Source: an uncultured bacterium (lineage in GTDB: Bacteria > Planctomycetota > UBA1135 > UBA2386). Taken from it: DNA of 64,000 nucleotides. This document shows positions 37,348 through 47,665 of this stretch, one piece after another; position 1 is the first letter of the stretch, and each line of letters begins with the position of its first letter. A program made the position numbers and the translations under genes. The notes under the pieces are model-generated. The model did no database searches. It worked only from the letters and a program-made list of their open reading frames with translations, and was not told where the DNA came from. The DNA lies in assembly GCA_937952215.1 (NCBI GenBank), contig CALFZH010000058.1:81452-145451 (forward strand), read 5' to 3'.

Positions 37348-38136
37348 TCACTTCGCCGCGGTCAGCGGTGCTGCCATCACGACCTCGAACTCGGTGCGCA
37401 GGTCGCGCTTGACGTCGGACATCGCCTTCCACGCGGGGTCCTTCGCGAGGCCCACGCGCACCTGCTGCTTGATCGCGTCGCGCCGGCCGAGCGCCTGCAC
37501 GTCGAGGTACTCGAACACCAGCATCGCGTCCCACGGCTTGCCGGTGGAGTGATGGTTCACGTAGACCGCGTAGTTGGCGACGACCTTGGCCTCGATCCAC
37601 GCGTCGAACTGCGGGACGCCGTAGACCTTGATGAAGTTGACGTACTCCTCGCGGGTCCGGAACTGGTAGGGAATGAACACGAACACCGACTTGCTGCGGT
37701 CGCCGGCCGCGCCCGCGCCGAGCACGCGGTCGGCGAAGTAGCTGGTCTGCGGCGTGCCGAGCTTGAGCAGTTCCGGCGACAGGCCGCCGGGGAAGTCCCG
37801 TTCGATCGCGCGCCACTTCGCGGTCCGCGCGTACGACGCGAAGCGCAGCACGAGCGTCGCGTCCCACGTGTTGGCGTCGACGAACTCGTTGAAGACCAGC
37901 ACGTAGTCGGTGAACGCGCCGGCCTGCTGCCATTGCTCGAGCTGGGCGACGCCTTCCTGCTCGAGCCCGCGGCGGAACGCGGGCCGGTCGGCGGGCCGGC
38001 AGCGGTAGTCGATGAACAGGTGGTTCGCGTCCGGCTGCTCGCTCTGCGCTGGTGCGGCGGTCGTGAGGAGCAACAACGAGAGCAGGCCGGCGGTGCTTCG
38101 GAGGGTCGGGTTCATGGTTCGGCAGGTGGGGTTCAT
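37348..38136 (-). CDS. secreted protein with two tandem ferredoxin-like (dimeric alpha/beta-barrel-like) halves
   Basis: ATG 38136 overlaps the upstream TGA (ATGA); second in-frame ATG at 38115. Signal peptide LLSLLLLTTAAPAQS. The two halves show similar beta-alpha-beta patterns. Confidence 0.5.
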   Translation of the reverse strand: MNPTCRTMNPTLRSTAGLLSLLLLTTAAPAQSEQPDANHLFIDYRCRPADRPAFRRGLEQEGVAQLEQWQQAGAFTDYVLVFNEFVDANTWDATLVLRFASYARTAKWRAIERDFPGGLSPELLKLGTPQTSYFADRVLGAGAAGDRSKSVFVFIPYQFRTREEYVNFIKVYGVPQFDAWIEAKVVANYAVYVNHHSTGKPWDAMLVFEYLDVQALGRRDAIKQQVRVGLAKDPAWKAMSDVKRDLRTEFEVVMAAPLTAAK

Positions 38137-40121
38137 CGCACGTGCGTCGGGTACTGCCAGCGGCCGAGCTGCTCGCGCGACCAGCGGTAGAAGAAGCGGA
38201 TGCCGCGGTCGGAGGGGCCGTCGCCGTCGCCGCCCATCTCGGCGTGGGGGCCGGTGCCCTGCACGCCGCGCATGTCCTCGGCGTAGGTGCTGCGGAACAA
38301 CATCGCGAGGTTCGGCGACGCGAGGTAACGGCGCAGCATCGCGTCGATGCGGCGCTTGCTCGCGGCAGTGAACAGCCCTTCGTTGCCGCTGGCGTCCTGG
38401 TCCGGTGTCTCGGTGTTGACCACGAAGCCGTGCGCGGGGATCGGCACCTCTTCGTGGATCATCACGACGTCGCAGCCAGGGAACTCGCTCGGCGAGCCCG
38501 ACACGTGGTTGCCGACGATGCCGAGTTCGATGTCTTTCGCCTTGGCGCGGAACCACGCGGCCAGCCGCTGCTTCTTGGCGACGCCATCGGGCTCGCGGAA
38601 CACGTCGTGGTCGATGCGGGTCGGGTGGTCGAACTCCTGGTAGAGGTTGACCATCACGTTGCGCAGCCCGCGCTCCTGCAGCAGCGCCGCCGCCGCTTGC
38701 ACCGCGTGCTGCACGGCGGTCTCGTCGCGCAGGTGCTCGTCCTTGCGCGGCATCAGCAGCGTGACGAGCACGACCATGCCGCGGCGGTCGGCCTCGCGCA
38801 CGACGTACTCGAGGCGGCGCGCGAACGCCGGGATCAACTTGCCGTCGGAGGTGAACGCGTTCGGACCCGCGTCGACGTCGGGGAACCCGCCGTTGGTGCC
38901 CTGCAGCGACACGCTGACGAAGTTGATGCCGTGCGCGACGAGGTTGTCGAGGTTGGCGACGAGCCGCTGCGCCGTCGCGGCACTGGCGAGCGAGTTGTTG
39001 CTGCGCAGACCCCACAGCTTGACGCGTTCGCCGCCGAGGAACGGTTCGCCGTCACGCACTTCGAACTCGCGCGTCGGTGCTGGCGTGGCGCCAGCCGGCG
39101 CCGCGACGAACGGCACGTGCTGCGGGTACTGCCAGACGCCGACGTGCTCCCGCACCCATTCGTAGAAGAACCGCACGCCGCGGTCGCTGGCGCTGGTGCC
39201 CATGCCGCCGAGCTCCGCGTGCGGCGCCGTCCCGCTCGCGTTGCCGATGCCCTGCACGAACGCGGCGTGGAAGAAGAGTGCCGCGTTCGGCGCCTGCCGG
39301 TATCGCTCGAAGTCCTCGTACATCGCGTCGAGCTGGCCCGGCGTGAACACCCCGTCGTTCTCGTAGACGTCCTGCTTCTGCATCTCGACGTTGACGACGT
39401 AGCCCGCTGTCGGGATCGGCATGCTCTTCTGCACGATCCGCACGTCCATGCCGGGGTAGCGGTCGGTCGTCTTCGACTTCTCGTACGGACAGACGCCGAC
39501 CTCGATGCCGGTGCATGCCTCCTGCCACCACTGCGTGAGCCTCGCCTTCTTCTTGGCGCCGTCGGGCTCGCGCAGCAGCGGCTGGTCGGCGCGCTCGGTG
39601 TGGTCGTACTCGTGCATCAGATCGGCGAACGTGTTGCGCAGCCCGCGCTGCTGCAGGAAGCGCGCGGTTTCCTGGATCGCGCGCTGCACCGCGGCGTCGC
39701 CCTCGAGCGCCTGGTCCTTGCGCGGCGACAACACGCCGACGCAGACGACCATGCCGCGCTGGTCGGCCTCGCGAATCAGCCACTCGAGGCGCGCGGCGAC
39801 GTCCTTCTTCAGCGAGCCGTCGCGCGCGAAGCCGTTCAGCCCGGCGTCCTCCTTCGGCCAGCCGCCGTGGCTGCCCTGTACGTAGACGAGGATCGCGTTG
39901 ACGCCGTGCGCGGCCCAGGTGTCGAGTGCGCGCACGTGGCGTTCGGTCACCGCCTGGCTGTAGAGCGCGTTGCCGCAGCGCACTCCCCACAGGTCGACCT
40001 CGTGGCCACCGAGGAAGGCGCGGTCGCTGCGGATCTCGAACTCGCGGGTCGGCGACGCGTCGCCTTGCGCCACGACGATGCCCGCGAGGGCGAACGGGTA
40101 CAGGCCGTGCAGCAGGTTCAT
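38133..40121 (-). CDS. tandem-duplicated TIM-barrel-like (clan GH-A-like glycoside hydrolase?) protein, 662 aa
   Basis: From ATG 40121 in ORF 38133..42572. Two homologous halves of about 330 aa, each TREFE[IV]R...LWG[VL]R...HG[VI]N...QG..GG.P...EAD.RGMVV...RGLRN...E[YF]DH...VVN.E...WQYP.HV. Confidence 0.6.
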   Translation of the reverse strand: MNLLHGLYPFALAGIVVAQGDASPTREFEIRSDRAFLGGHEVDLWGVRCGNALYSQAVTERHVRALDTWAAHGVNAILVYVQGSHGGWPKEDAGLNGFARDGSLKKDVAARLEWLIREADQRGMVVCVGVLSPRKDQALEGDAAVQRAIQETARFLQQRGLRNTFADLMHEYDHTERADQPLLREPDGAKKKARLTQWWQEACTGIEVGVCPYEKSKTTDRYPGMDVRIVQKSMPIPTAGYVVNVEMQKQDVYENDGVFTPGQLDAMYEDFERYRQAPNAALFFHAAFVQGIGNASGTAPHAELGGMGTSASDRGVRFFYEWVREHVGVWQYPQHVPFVAAPAGATPAPTREFEVRDGEPFLGGERVKLWGLRSNNSLASAATAQRLVANLDNLVAHGINFVSVSLQGTNGGFPDVDAGPNAFTSDGKLIPAFARRLEYVVREADRRGMVVLVTLLMPRKDEHLRDETAVQHAVQAAAALLQERGLRNVMVNLYQEFDHPTRIDHDVFREPDGVAKKQRLAAWFRAKAKDIELGIVGNHVSGSPSEFPGCDVVMIHEEVPIPAHGFVVNTETPDQDASGNEGLFTAASKRRIDAMLRRYLASPNLAMLFRSTYAEDMRGVQGTGPHAEMGGDGDGPSDRGIRFFYRWSREQLGRWQYPTHVR

Positions 40122-40129
40122 CGGTGCCC

Positions 40130-42304
40130 TCAGAAGCGGTGCGTGACGCCGAGCGCGAACACCATGCTGGCGGGCGCGCCGGGGAAGATGCCGCGCGCGG
40201 TGCGCGGCTCGAAGTACTCCTCGTCGAGCACGTTCCTGCCGCCGATCGACACCGAGACGTCGGTGTGCTCGCAGACGCTCTGCTCCCAGCCAGCTCCCAC
40301 GTTCCACAGCCGGTACGAAGGCCGCAGGCCGCGCGTGCCGTCGGCGGGGATGTTGCGCGTGTTGAGCGCGTCGGTGAACGCGGGGCCGACGTAGGCGCCG
40401 TCGAAGCCGATCCACAGCCCGGAGCGTTCGTGGCGATAGCGCGCGCCCCACGCCGCGGTCCACTTGCTGGTGCCGGCGAAGCGGTTGCCGTCGAACGCGC
40501 CGTTGGTGAACTTGGAGTCGTTCCACGCGGTCGAACTCCAGAGCGACACGCCGGCCAGGCCGGCCGCGGTCAGGTCGCTGTCGAGGCGCAGTTCGACGCC
40601 GCGATGGCGCGAGTTGCCACCGTTGACGAACACGTCGAACTGGTTCGGGTCCTGGATCAGCCGATCGCGGTAGTCGATGTGGTAGAGCACGACGTCGGCG
40701 CCGAACAGGCCGTCCTGGCTGCGTGTGCGTGAGCCGAGTTCGTAGACCCACGCGTACTGCGCGCTGACGTCCTGCGGGTTGGTGGTGATCGAGATCTGTG
40801 GCGCCTGCGGGGCCGCGAACGTGCTTTGCACGCCGCCGTAGAGCGACCACTGTGCGGTCAGCAGCTTGCTGATGCCGAGACCCGGCAGCACCTCGGTGAA
40901 GTCGCGGGTGACGCCGAGCCCGTTGATGCGGTTCCTGGCGTCGATCTCGACCCACTCGAAGCGCACGCCCGGCGTGATCGTCCAGCCGTCGAACTCGATG
41001 CGGTTCTCGACCCACGCTGACGCCGTGTAGTAGTCGTACTGCTCCTCGGTGCGCCGCAGCTGCACGGTACCGTTGGTCAGGTAGCGCGACACGGTGCGCA
41101 CGATGTCCTCCTGCAGGTAGCGCATGCCGACGTGCAGTTCGGCGTCGGCGCCGCCGAGGCGATAGGCGTGCGTGAGCTGCGGCTGCACGGCGACCGTGCG
41201 CATCGGCCGCGGCGTGGTCTGGATGTACTGGAGGTTGTTGGTGGCGCCGTAGAAGGTCGGGCTGCCGAGGTAGAACGATCGTTCGCCGTCGTAGCCGTAG
41301 GTGATCAGCTCGAACAACGTGTCGTCGGTGACGTCCCACTCGAGCTTCAGGTTGACGCGATCCTGCTGGCCGGAGTGGCGGTTCTGCGGCGACAGCGTGA
41401 CCTCGGGATTCGTGTTGTACTGATCGAGCGTGAGGCCGTCGGCGAGCTTGCTGTCGTCGTCGAAGTGCTCGATCTGGCCGAGCAGCTTGACGCGGTCGGA
41501 GAAGCGGTAGCTGGTCTTCAGCGCGTAGTTCTGCTGCGTGTAATCGCCGCCGTCGCGGAACGTGTCGCCTTGCTTGAACACCGTTTCGAGCAACACGCCG
41601 AACGGCCCGGTCGTGCTGCCGACCGCGCTGTAGTACGACTGGTTGTCGAACGTGTCGTAGCGCACGCGACCGATCCAGGTCGGCGTGCCGGGGATCGGCT
41701 GCGTGAGGAAGTTGATCACGCCCGAGACGTTGTTCGGGCCGTAGCGCACTGCGCCGCCGCCGCGCTGGATGTCGACCGCGTAGACGCGTTCGAGCGAGAA
41801 CGGGAACAGCGAGTTGCCGGGGCCGCCGTACGGCGCGGGTGCGAGCGGGATGCCGTCCGCGTACATGCCGAGGTTGATCGAGCGCCACGCGCCCTCGGCG
41901 CCGTTGGTGACGCCGCGCATCGCGATGTTCGGCAGTGAGTCGCTGCCGGTCTCCTCCTGGATCACGACGCCGGGCGAACGGCGCAGCAGCTCCGGCACGT
42001 TCATCACGCCGGCCTGCCGGACTTCGCGCGGGCCGATCAGCGTGCGCGCGCCGGGGTTCTCCATCGGCACCTCGGACCAGCGCCGTTCGGCTTCGGCGGC
42101 GGTCTCGGTGATCAGCACCTCGGGCAGGCGTTCGGCGTGATGCGCCGGCGGCTTCGCTGGCGGTGGATCCTGCGGTGCCGGTGGCGCGCCCTGCTGCGCG
42201 AGCAGCGGCAGCGAACCGGCGGCGAGGGCCGCAGCGACGGCGACGAGCGAGCGAGACGCGAACCCGCGCACGCGCGGCGCTGACGGATGGCGAGGACGAT
42301 GCAT
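40130..42304 (-). CDS. TonB-dependent outer-membrane receptor
   Basis: ATG 42304 within ORF 40130..42361 (TTG). Signal peptide ...AAALAAGSLPLLAQQ, plug domain, beta-barrel with alternating pattern, terminal ...GVTHRF. Confidence 0.9.
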   Translation of the reverse strand: MHRPRHPSAPRVRGFASRSLVAVAAALAAGSLPLLAQQGAPPAPQDPPPAKPPAHHAERLPEVLITETAAEAERRWSEVPMENPGARTLIGPREVRQAGVMNVPELLRRSPGVVIQEETGSDSLPNIAMRGVTNGAEGAWRSINLGMYADGIPLAPAPYGGPGNSLFPFSLERVYAVDIQRGGGAVRYGPNNVSGVINFLTQPIPGTPTWIGRVRYDTFDNQSYYSAVGSTTGPFGVLLETVFKQGDTFRDGGDYTQQNYALKTSYRFSDRVKLLGQIEHFDDDSKLADGLTLDQYNTNPEVTLSPQNRHSGQQDRVNLKLEWDVTDDTLFELITYGYDGERSFYLGSPTFYGATNNLQYIQTTPRPMRTVAVQPQLTHAYRLGGADAELHVGMRYLQEDIVRTVSRYLTNGTVQLRRTEEQYDYYTASAWVENRIEFDGWTITPGVRFEWVEIDARNRINGLGVTRDFTEVLPGLGISKLLTAQWSLYGGVQSTFAAPQAPQISITTNPQDVSAQYAWVYELGSRTRSQDGLFGADVVLYHIDYRDRLIQDPNQFDVFVNGGNSRHRGVELRLDSDLTAAGLAGVSLWSSTAWNDSKFTNGAFDGNRFAGTSKWTAAWGARYRHERSGLWIGFDGAYVGPAFTDALNTRNIPADGTRGLRPSYRLWNVGAGWEQSVCEHTDVSVSIGGRNVLDEEYFEPRTARGIFPGAPASMVFALGVTHRF

Positions 42305-42533
42305 GCGGCGGGATGGCCGGCGTGCGAGGGGAAGCGCGCTCGGCGTTCGCCAGGGAAGCAACGTATGTGCCTTCGCTCGGCGACGCGTTCTCGCGGCGGG
42401 ATGTCATCTGCCTGCGACACGGCGTTACGCAGCGACCACGCGACACCCGCGCGTGACACGCGCCGACGGCGATCGGCGCCCAGCCTGCGTCGGGGCATGT
42501 GCTTTGCGCAGCCGCGACGTGCCCACTACCGCG

Positions 42534-43211
42534 ATGCCGCTGCGCCTGCTGCTGCTGTCCTGCGCGTTGCACGCGGCGATCGTCGCCGCGCTCGCATGGG
42601 CGATCGGCGGTGATGGGATGCGGCCGCGCCGCATCGAACGGCCGGCGCTGCTGCCGTCACGCATGCAGCTCGAAGCCCCGCCACCGGACCCGCTACGGCC
42701 GGTGATCCAAGTTCCGGAGTGCGAGGTCGAGCCCGTCGAACTGCTGCCGATCGAGACGCCCGAGCCGTCGTTCGAAGAGATCGCGCCACCGCAGACCGTG
42801 CTGGTCGAAACGCTGCCGCCGCGCCGCCCGCCGCCGCTGCGGAGCAACCCGCGCATCGTCGCCGAGCCCGTACCCTCACCGATGACGAGCGCGCCCGCCG
42901 AGCCGCCACCCAGGCCGACGCCGTCGACGGCGCCGGCCGCGGTCGCGCAGGCCGAGGTGCCGGTGGTGCTGCCCGGGCACAACCCGCCGCCGGCCTACCC
43001 CGACGCCGCCCGCCGGCGCCGCATCGAAGGCACGGTAATCGTGCGCATCGACGTCGACGCCGCGGGCGCCGCGATCGCGTGCACGGTCGCGAGCAGCAGT
43101 GGCAGCGCGCTGCTCGACGCTGCCGCCCTCGCAGCGGCCCGGCGCTGGCGCTTCGCCCGCGGACCGGGCTCGCTCGAGCAGCCGTTCCGCTTCGCGCTCG
43201 CCGGCACTTGA
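42534..43211 (+). CDS. tonB: energy transducer TonB
   Basis: From ATG 42534. N-terminal anchor MPLRLLLLSCALHAAIVAALAWAI, Pro-rich spacer, C-terminal PAYPDAARRRRIEGTVIVRIDVDAAG...ALLDAAALAAARRWRF. Confidence 0.8.
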   Translation: MPLRLLLLSCALHAAIVAALAWAIGGDGMRPRRIERPALLPSRMQLEAPPPDPLRPVIQVPECEVEPVELLPIETPEPSFEEIAPPQTVLVETLPPRRPPPLRSNPRIVAEPVPSPMTSAPAEPPPRPTPSTAPAAVAQAEVPVVLPGHNPPPAYPDAARRRRIEGTVIVRIDVDAAGAAIACTVASSSGSALLDAAALAAARRWRFARGPGSLEQPFRFALAGT

Positions 43212-43213
43212 AC

Positions 43214-43231
43214 CGCAGCGCGGGCGCTGCG
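43214..43231. terminator. hairpin between convergent tonB and lepA
   Basis: CGCAGCGC-GG-GCGCTGCG in the 31-nt gap between the two stop codons. No U-tract. Confidence 0.3.
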
Positions 43232-43242
43232 ATCCGTGGGGA

Positions 43243-45054
<1,812 letters not shown>

Positions 45055-45204
45055 GAGGTTCGAGTCGGAGTGTCCGGAGTGTGGGCGGGCCGTGCCAGGA
45101 TCGGGGGCGAAGATGCTAGCGACCGGCGCGCGGGTTCGGCAGGGGCTGCCGAGGCTTCGACTGCATCGGGGCACGTAGGCGCGCCGCTCGCGGCGGCGAC
45201 GGCC

Positions 45205-45567
45205 TCATTTCCCGGGCTGGAACGCACGCAGTTCCACGTTCACCGCCTCACTGCGCCCATTGTCGGCGTAGAGCCCGAACAGCCCCGTCGCCTTGCCGAG
45301 CATCGACCGCGCCACCTTCACCTCGACGTCGCCGCAGCGTGCCACGACGCCGCCGGCCTCCGACGATTCGACGACGAGTGGATGCCAGGCGTCGAGCCGC
45401 CACGTGTCCATCGGGATGTCGCGGCCGCTGACCGCGATCCAGTTCTTGCCGACGAAGCGCCAGACGCCGAGGCGCAGGCCGTTCGTGCGCCGCGAGAGCG
45501 CGACGATCGTGAAGTTGGTCTGGTCGACGGGACTGCGATTCCGAGACGACCCATGCGGCGGCGGATC
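45205..45567 (-). pseudogene. 5'-truncated remnant of a lectin/glucanase-fold (LamG/DUF1080-like) gene
   Basis: Frame open 45567..45205 with domain-like sequence ...NFTIVALSRRTNGLRLGVWRFVGKNWIAVSGRD...GLFGLYADNGRSEAVNVELRAFQPGK. The only start codon is ATG 45411 (68 aa). Confidence 0.3.
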
Positions 45568-45663
45568 CTAGGGGCCCAAGGGTGGCGGGCAAGGCGGCCG
45601 GGTGAGGCCCAGCCGGCGAGTCCGCGCAACTTCCGCGGGTTGGTACCAGTATGAACACCGTCG

Positions 45664-46173
45664 ATGGCCAGTCGCACCGTGCCACCATGCAACGACGATG
45701 CTGCACTCGCCCGTCTGCTGCAGGATCAGCGACCGAGGCTCGTCGCGATGCTGCGGCGGCTGTGCGGGCCGGATGCGGAGGACGTCGTGCAGGAGACGCT
45801 GGCCAAGGTCTGGCGGCTGCGTGCCAGCTTCGACGACCGCCGGAATGGCGAGGGATGGTTGGTGCGGGCGGCGTTGCACACGCTGTGCGATCACCGCCGG
45901 CGACGGGAACGGAGTGTCCTGCGGGAAGCCGACGTGGAGCCAGCCGCACCCTTCGAGTCGTCAGCGATCGAGGTGCGCGAGGAAGTGGAGCGATGCCTTC
46001 GTCATCTGCCACGGCTCGAGCGCGACCTCCTGGTCGGCTTCCATTCTCAAGGGCTCTCGCTGCGCGATCTCGCCGAGCGCCACGGCCTGCCGCTGAACAC
46101 CGTGAAGTCGCACTTGCACCGTGCGCGCGCGCGCCTCGCGCGGCATCGGGAGGATCACGATGACGCCGAGTGA
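45664..46173 (+). CDS. ECF-type RNA polymerase sigma-70 factor
   Basis: Region 2 DAEDVVQETLAKVWR, region 4 LSLRDLAERHGLPLNTVKSHLHRARARL. Confidence 0.85.
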   Translation: MASRTVPPCNDDAALARLLQDQRPRLVAMLRRLCGPDAEDVVQETLAKVWRLRASFDDRRNGEGWLVRAALHTLCDHRRRRERSVLREADVEPAAPFESSAIEVREEVERCLRHLPRLERDLLVGFHSQGLSLRDLAERHGLPLNTVKSHLHRARARLARHREDHDDAE

Positions 46174-46585
46174 GTTCGAGGACCGGATGAACGAACTGCT
46201 CGACGCGCGCGTCGATCCGCTCACCGATTCCGAGTGCATCGACCATCTCGCCGCGCACCCCGAGCACCTGGCGGCGTTCGCGGTGCAGCAGGAGCGCCTT
46301 GCTGCGCTCCCGGTCGTGGCGCCGGGCCATCGCCCTGCGCGCGGCGAACGGCGCACACTGTGGCCGGTGCTCGCCGGCATCGCGGCTCTGGGATTGCTCG
46401 TCCTGCGCCCCGGCCTGCCGGCGCCGGTCGCGCCAGCCACGGGTCCGCCCGGGGTCGTGATCGCGGCTTCGCTGCAGCCGATCCAGTCGACGCTCGGGGC
46501 GACGACCATCGTGCGTGCCCGCGCCGTCATGCACGTGCACCCCGCAGGTCGCCTCGAAGTCTTCTCGCAGTGGAGCGCACCATGA
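46160..46585 (+). CDS. putative anti-sigma factor (single TM)
   Basis: ATG 46160 overlaps the sigma gene by 14 nt. MTPSEFEDRMNELLDARVDPLTDSECIDHLAAHPEHLAAF, then TM span LWPVLAGIAALGLLVL. Confidence 0.5.
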   Translation: MTPSEFEDRMNELLDARVDPLTDSECIDHLAAHPEHLAAFAVQQERLAALPVVAPGHRPARGERRTLWPVLAGIAALGLLVLRPGLPAPVAPATGPPGVVIAASLQPIQSTLGATTIVRARAVMHVHPAGRLEVFSQWSAP

Positions 46586-47565
46586 GATGTCGACTGGCTG
46601 TTGCTGCGTTCGCCCTGCTCGCCGCGCTACCGGCGCAACGAATGCCGCTAGCTGGCGGCGACGAGCGCCAGATCGCCGTGGTCGACGTCGGCGACCTGCT
46701 GCCGGCCCGGGTCGTCGAAGGCGCGCCGCAGCAGGACCCTGGGCGTTTCGCCGAGAGCCGGGCAGCCGATCTGGGTCGCCTGGCGCAATTCCTGCGAGCG
46801 TTCGCCATCCCGAGCACCGAGACCGGGGCCGACTTGCAGTCGCTTGGCGATCGCCACCTGGTCCTGCTCGGCACACCCGTCCAGATCGCTGCCGCCGAAC
46901 GGATCCTCGCCCGCGCGCGTGAGAACCCGGATCAGCAGTTCATGGTCGACGTCCTGCTGTGCGACGTTCCCGCCGCAGTCTTCGACCAGCACGTGGCGCC
47001 CTCGCTGTCGAAGACCCTCGCCGTGTCGGGCTTCACGAACCAGCGAACCGCGGTGCTCGTGCCGGACACCGTCGCCGCGCTGCGGAAGTCGCTGAAGCAG
47101 GAGAAGGTCAAGTTCACCCAGTTTCCGCAGATCGTGGTTCCCGGCCTGCATCGCGCGAAGCTGAGGATCGGCAAGGACGTGACGTTCGTGCGTGACTTCG
47201 AGCTCTCGGTGGCCGACGGGGCCTTGATCGCCACCCCGATCATCGACGGGGTGTTCGATGGCCACGACGTGGAAGCCGTCTGCGCGGAGATTCGTGCCGG
47301 GGTGCTTGGCGTGCAGTTGGACCTCGTGGACCAGGTTGTCGAGCAACCGATCCCGGAGCGCACGACAACGGTGCCGGGCACCAAGCAAGAGGTGATCGTG
47401 AAAGCGCCGCGGGTCGTCGGGTGCCGCGGCGACATGACGGTCGAACTGGCGAACGGGACGACGGCGTTGATGGCGGCGCGCAAGCCTGATGGTGCGTGGC
47501 TCGTCCTGCTGATGACGCCCCAGGCAATCCAGTCAGGGCCTGCGGTTCTCCCAGCGAGGAAGTAA
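46582..47565 (+). CDS. secreted secretin-domain-like protein
   Basis: ATGA overlap with the anti-sigma stop. Signal peptide MRCRLAVAAFALLAALPAQ. QQFMVDVLLCDVP and FPQIVVPGLHRAKLRIGKDVTFV resemble the PF00263-type secretin core. Confidence 0.5.
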   Translation: MRCRLAVAAFALLAALPAQRMPLAGGDERQIAVVDVGDLLPARVVEGAPQQDPGRFAESRAADLGRLAQFLRAFAIPSTETGADLQSLGDRHLVLLGTPVQIAAAERILARARENPDQQFMVDVLLCDVPAAVFDQHVAPSLSKTLAVSGFTNQRTAVLVPDTVAALRKSLKQEKVKFTQFPQIVVPGLHRAKLRIGKDVTFVRDFELSVADGALIATPIIDGVFDGHDVEAVCAEIRAGVLGVQLDLVDQVVEQPIPERTTTVPGTKQEVIVKAPRVVGCRGDMTVELANGTTALMAARKPDGAWLVLLMTPQAIQSGPAVLPARK

Positions 47566-47665
47566 CGCACGGTAGTGGCGGTCAGCGGTGCGACGCGGCG
47601 CCGCCTTCGACGCGGTGCTTCGGCGGCGCCCCCGCGTCGCTAGACTGCCGCGCCTCGGAGGTCCC

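Noticed and set aside
42305-42533. Possible Fur box or riboswitch in the divergent TBDR/tonB promoter region
   Set aside because: No AT-rich 19-bp palindrome resembling GATAATGATAATCATTATC and no B12-box or AGGGAA-GGTG core on the TBDR strand. The single CCAGGGAAGC string lacks the following conserved elements.
45570-45663. Candidate ECF-type autoregulatory promoter upstream of the sigma gene at 45664 (GCAACTT...GTATGAAC region)
   Set aside because: I could not find a convincing GGAAC-N16/17-CGT-type motif pair with correct spacing, so the call is too weak from sequence alone.
45318-45692. 124-aa minus ORF beginning MHGGTVRLAIDGVH, considered as the missing N-terminal part of the lectin-fold remnant (frameshift)
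   Set aside because: Only the first approx 12 residues look protein-like and the rest is Arg/Ser/Ala-rich. It overlaps the start of the ECF sigma gene on the other strand, so the resemblance is probably a mirror artefact.
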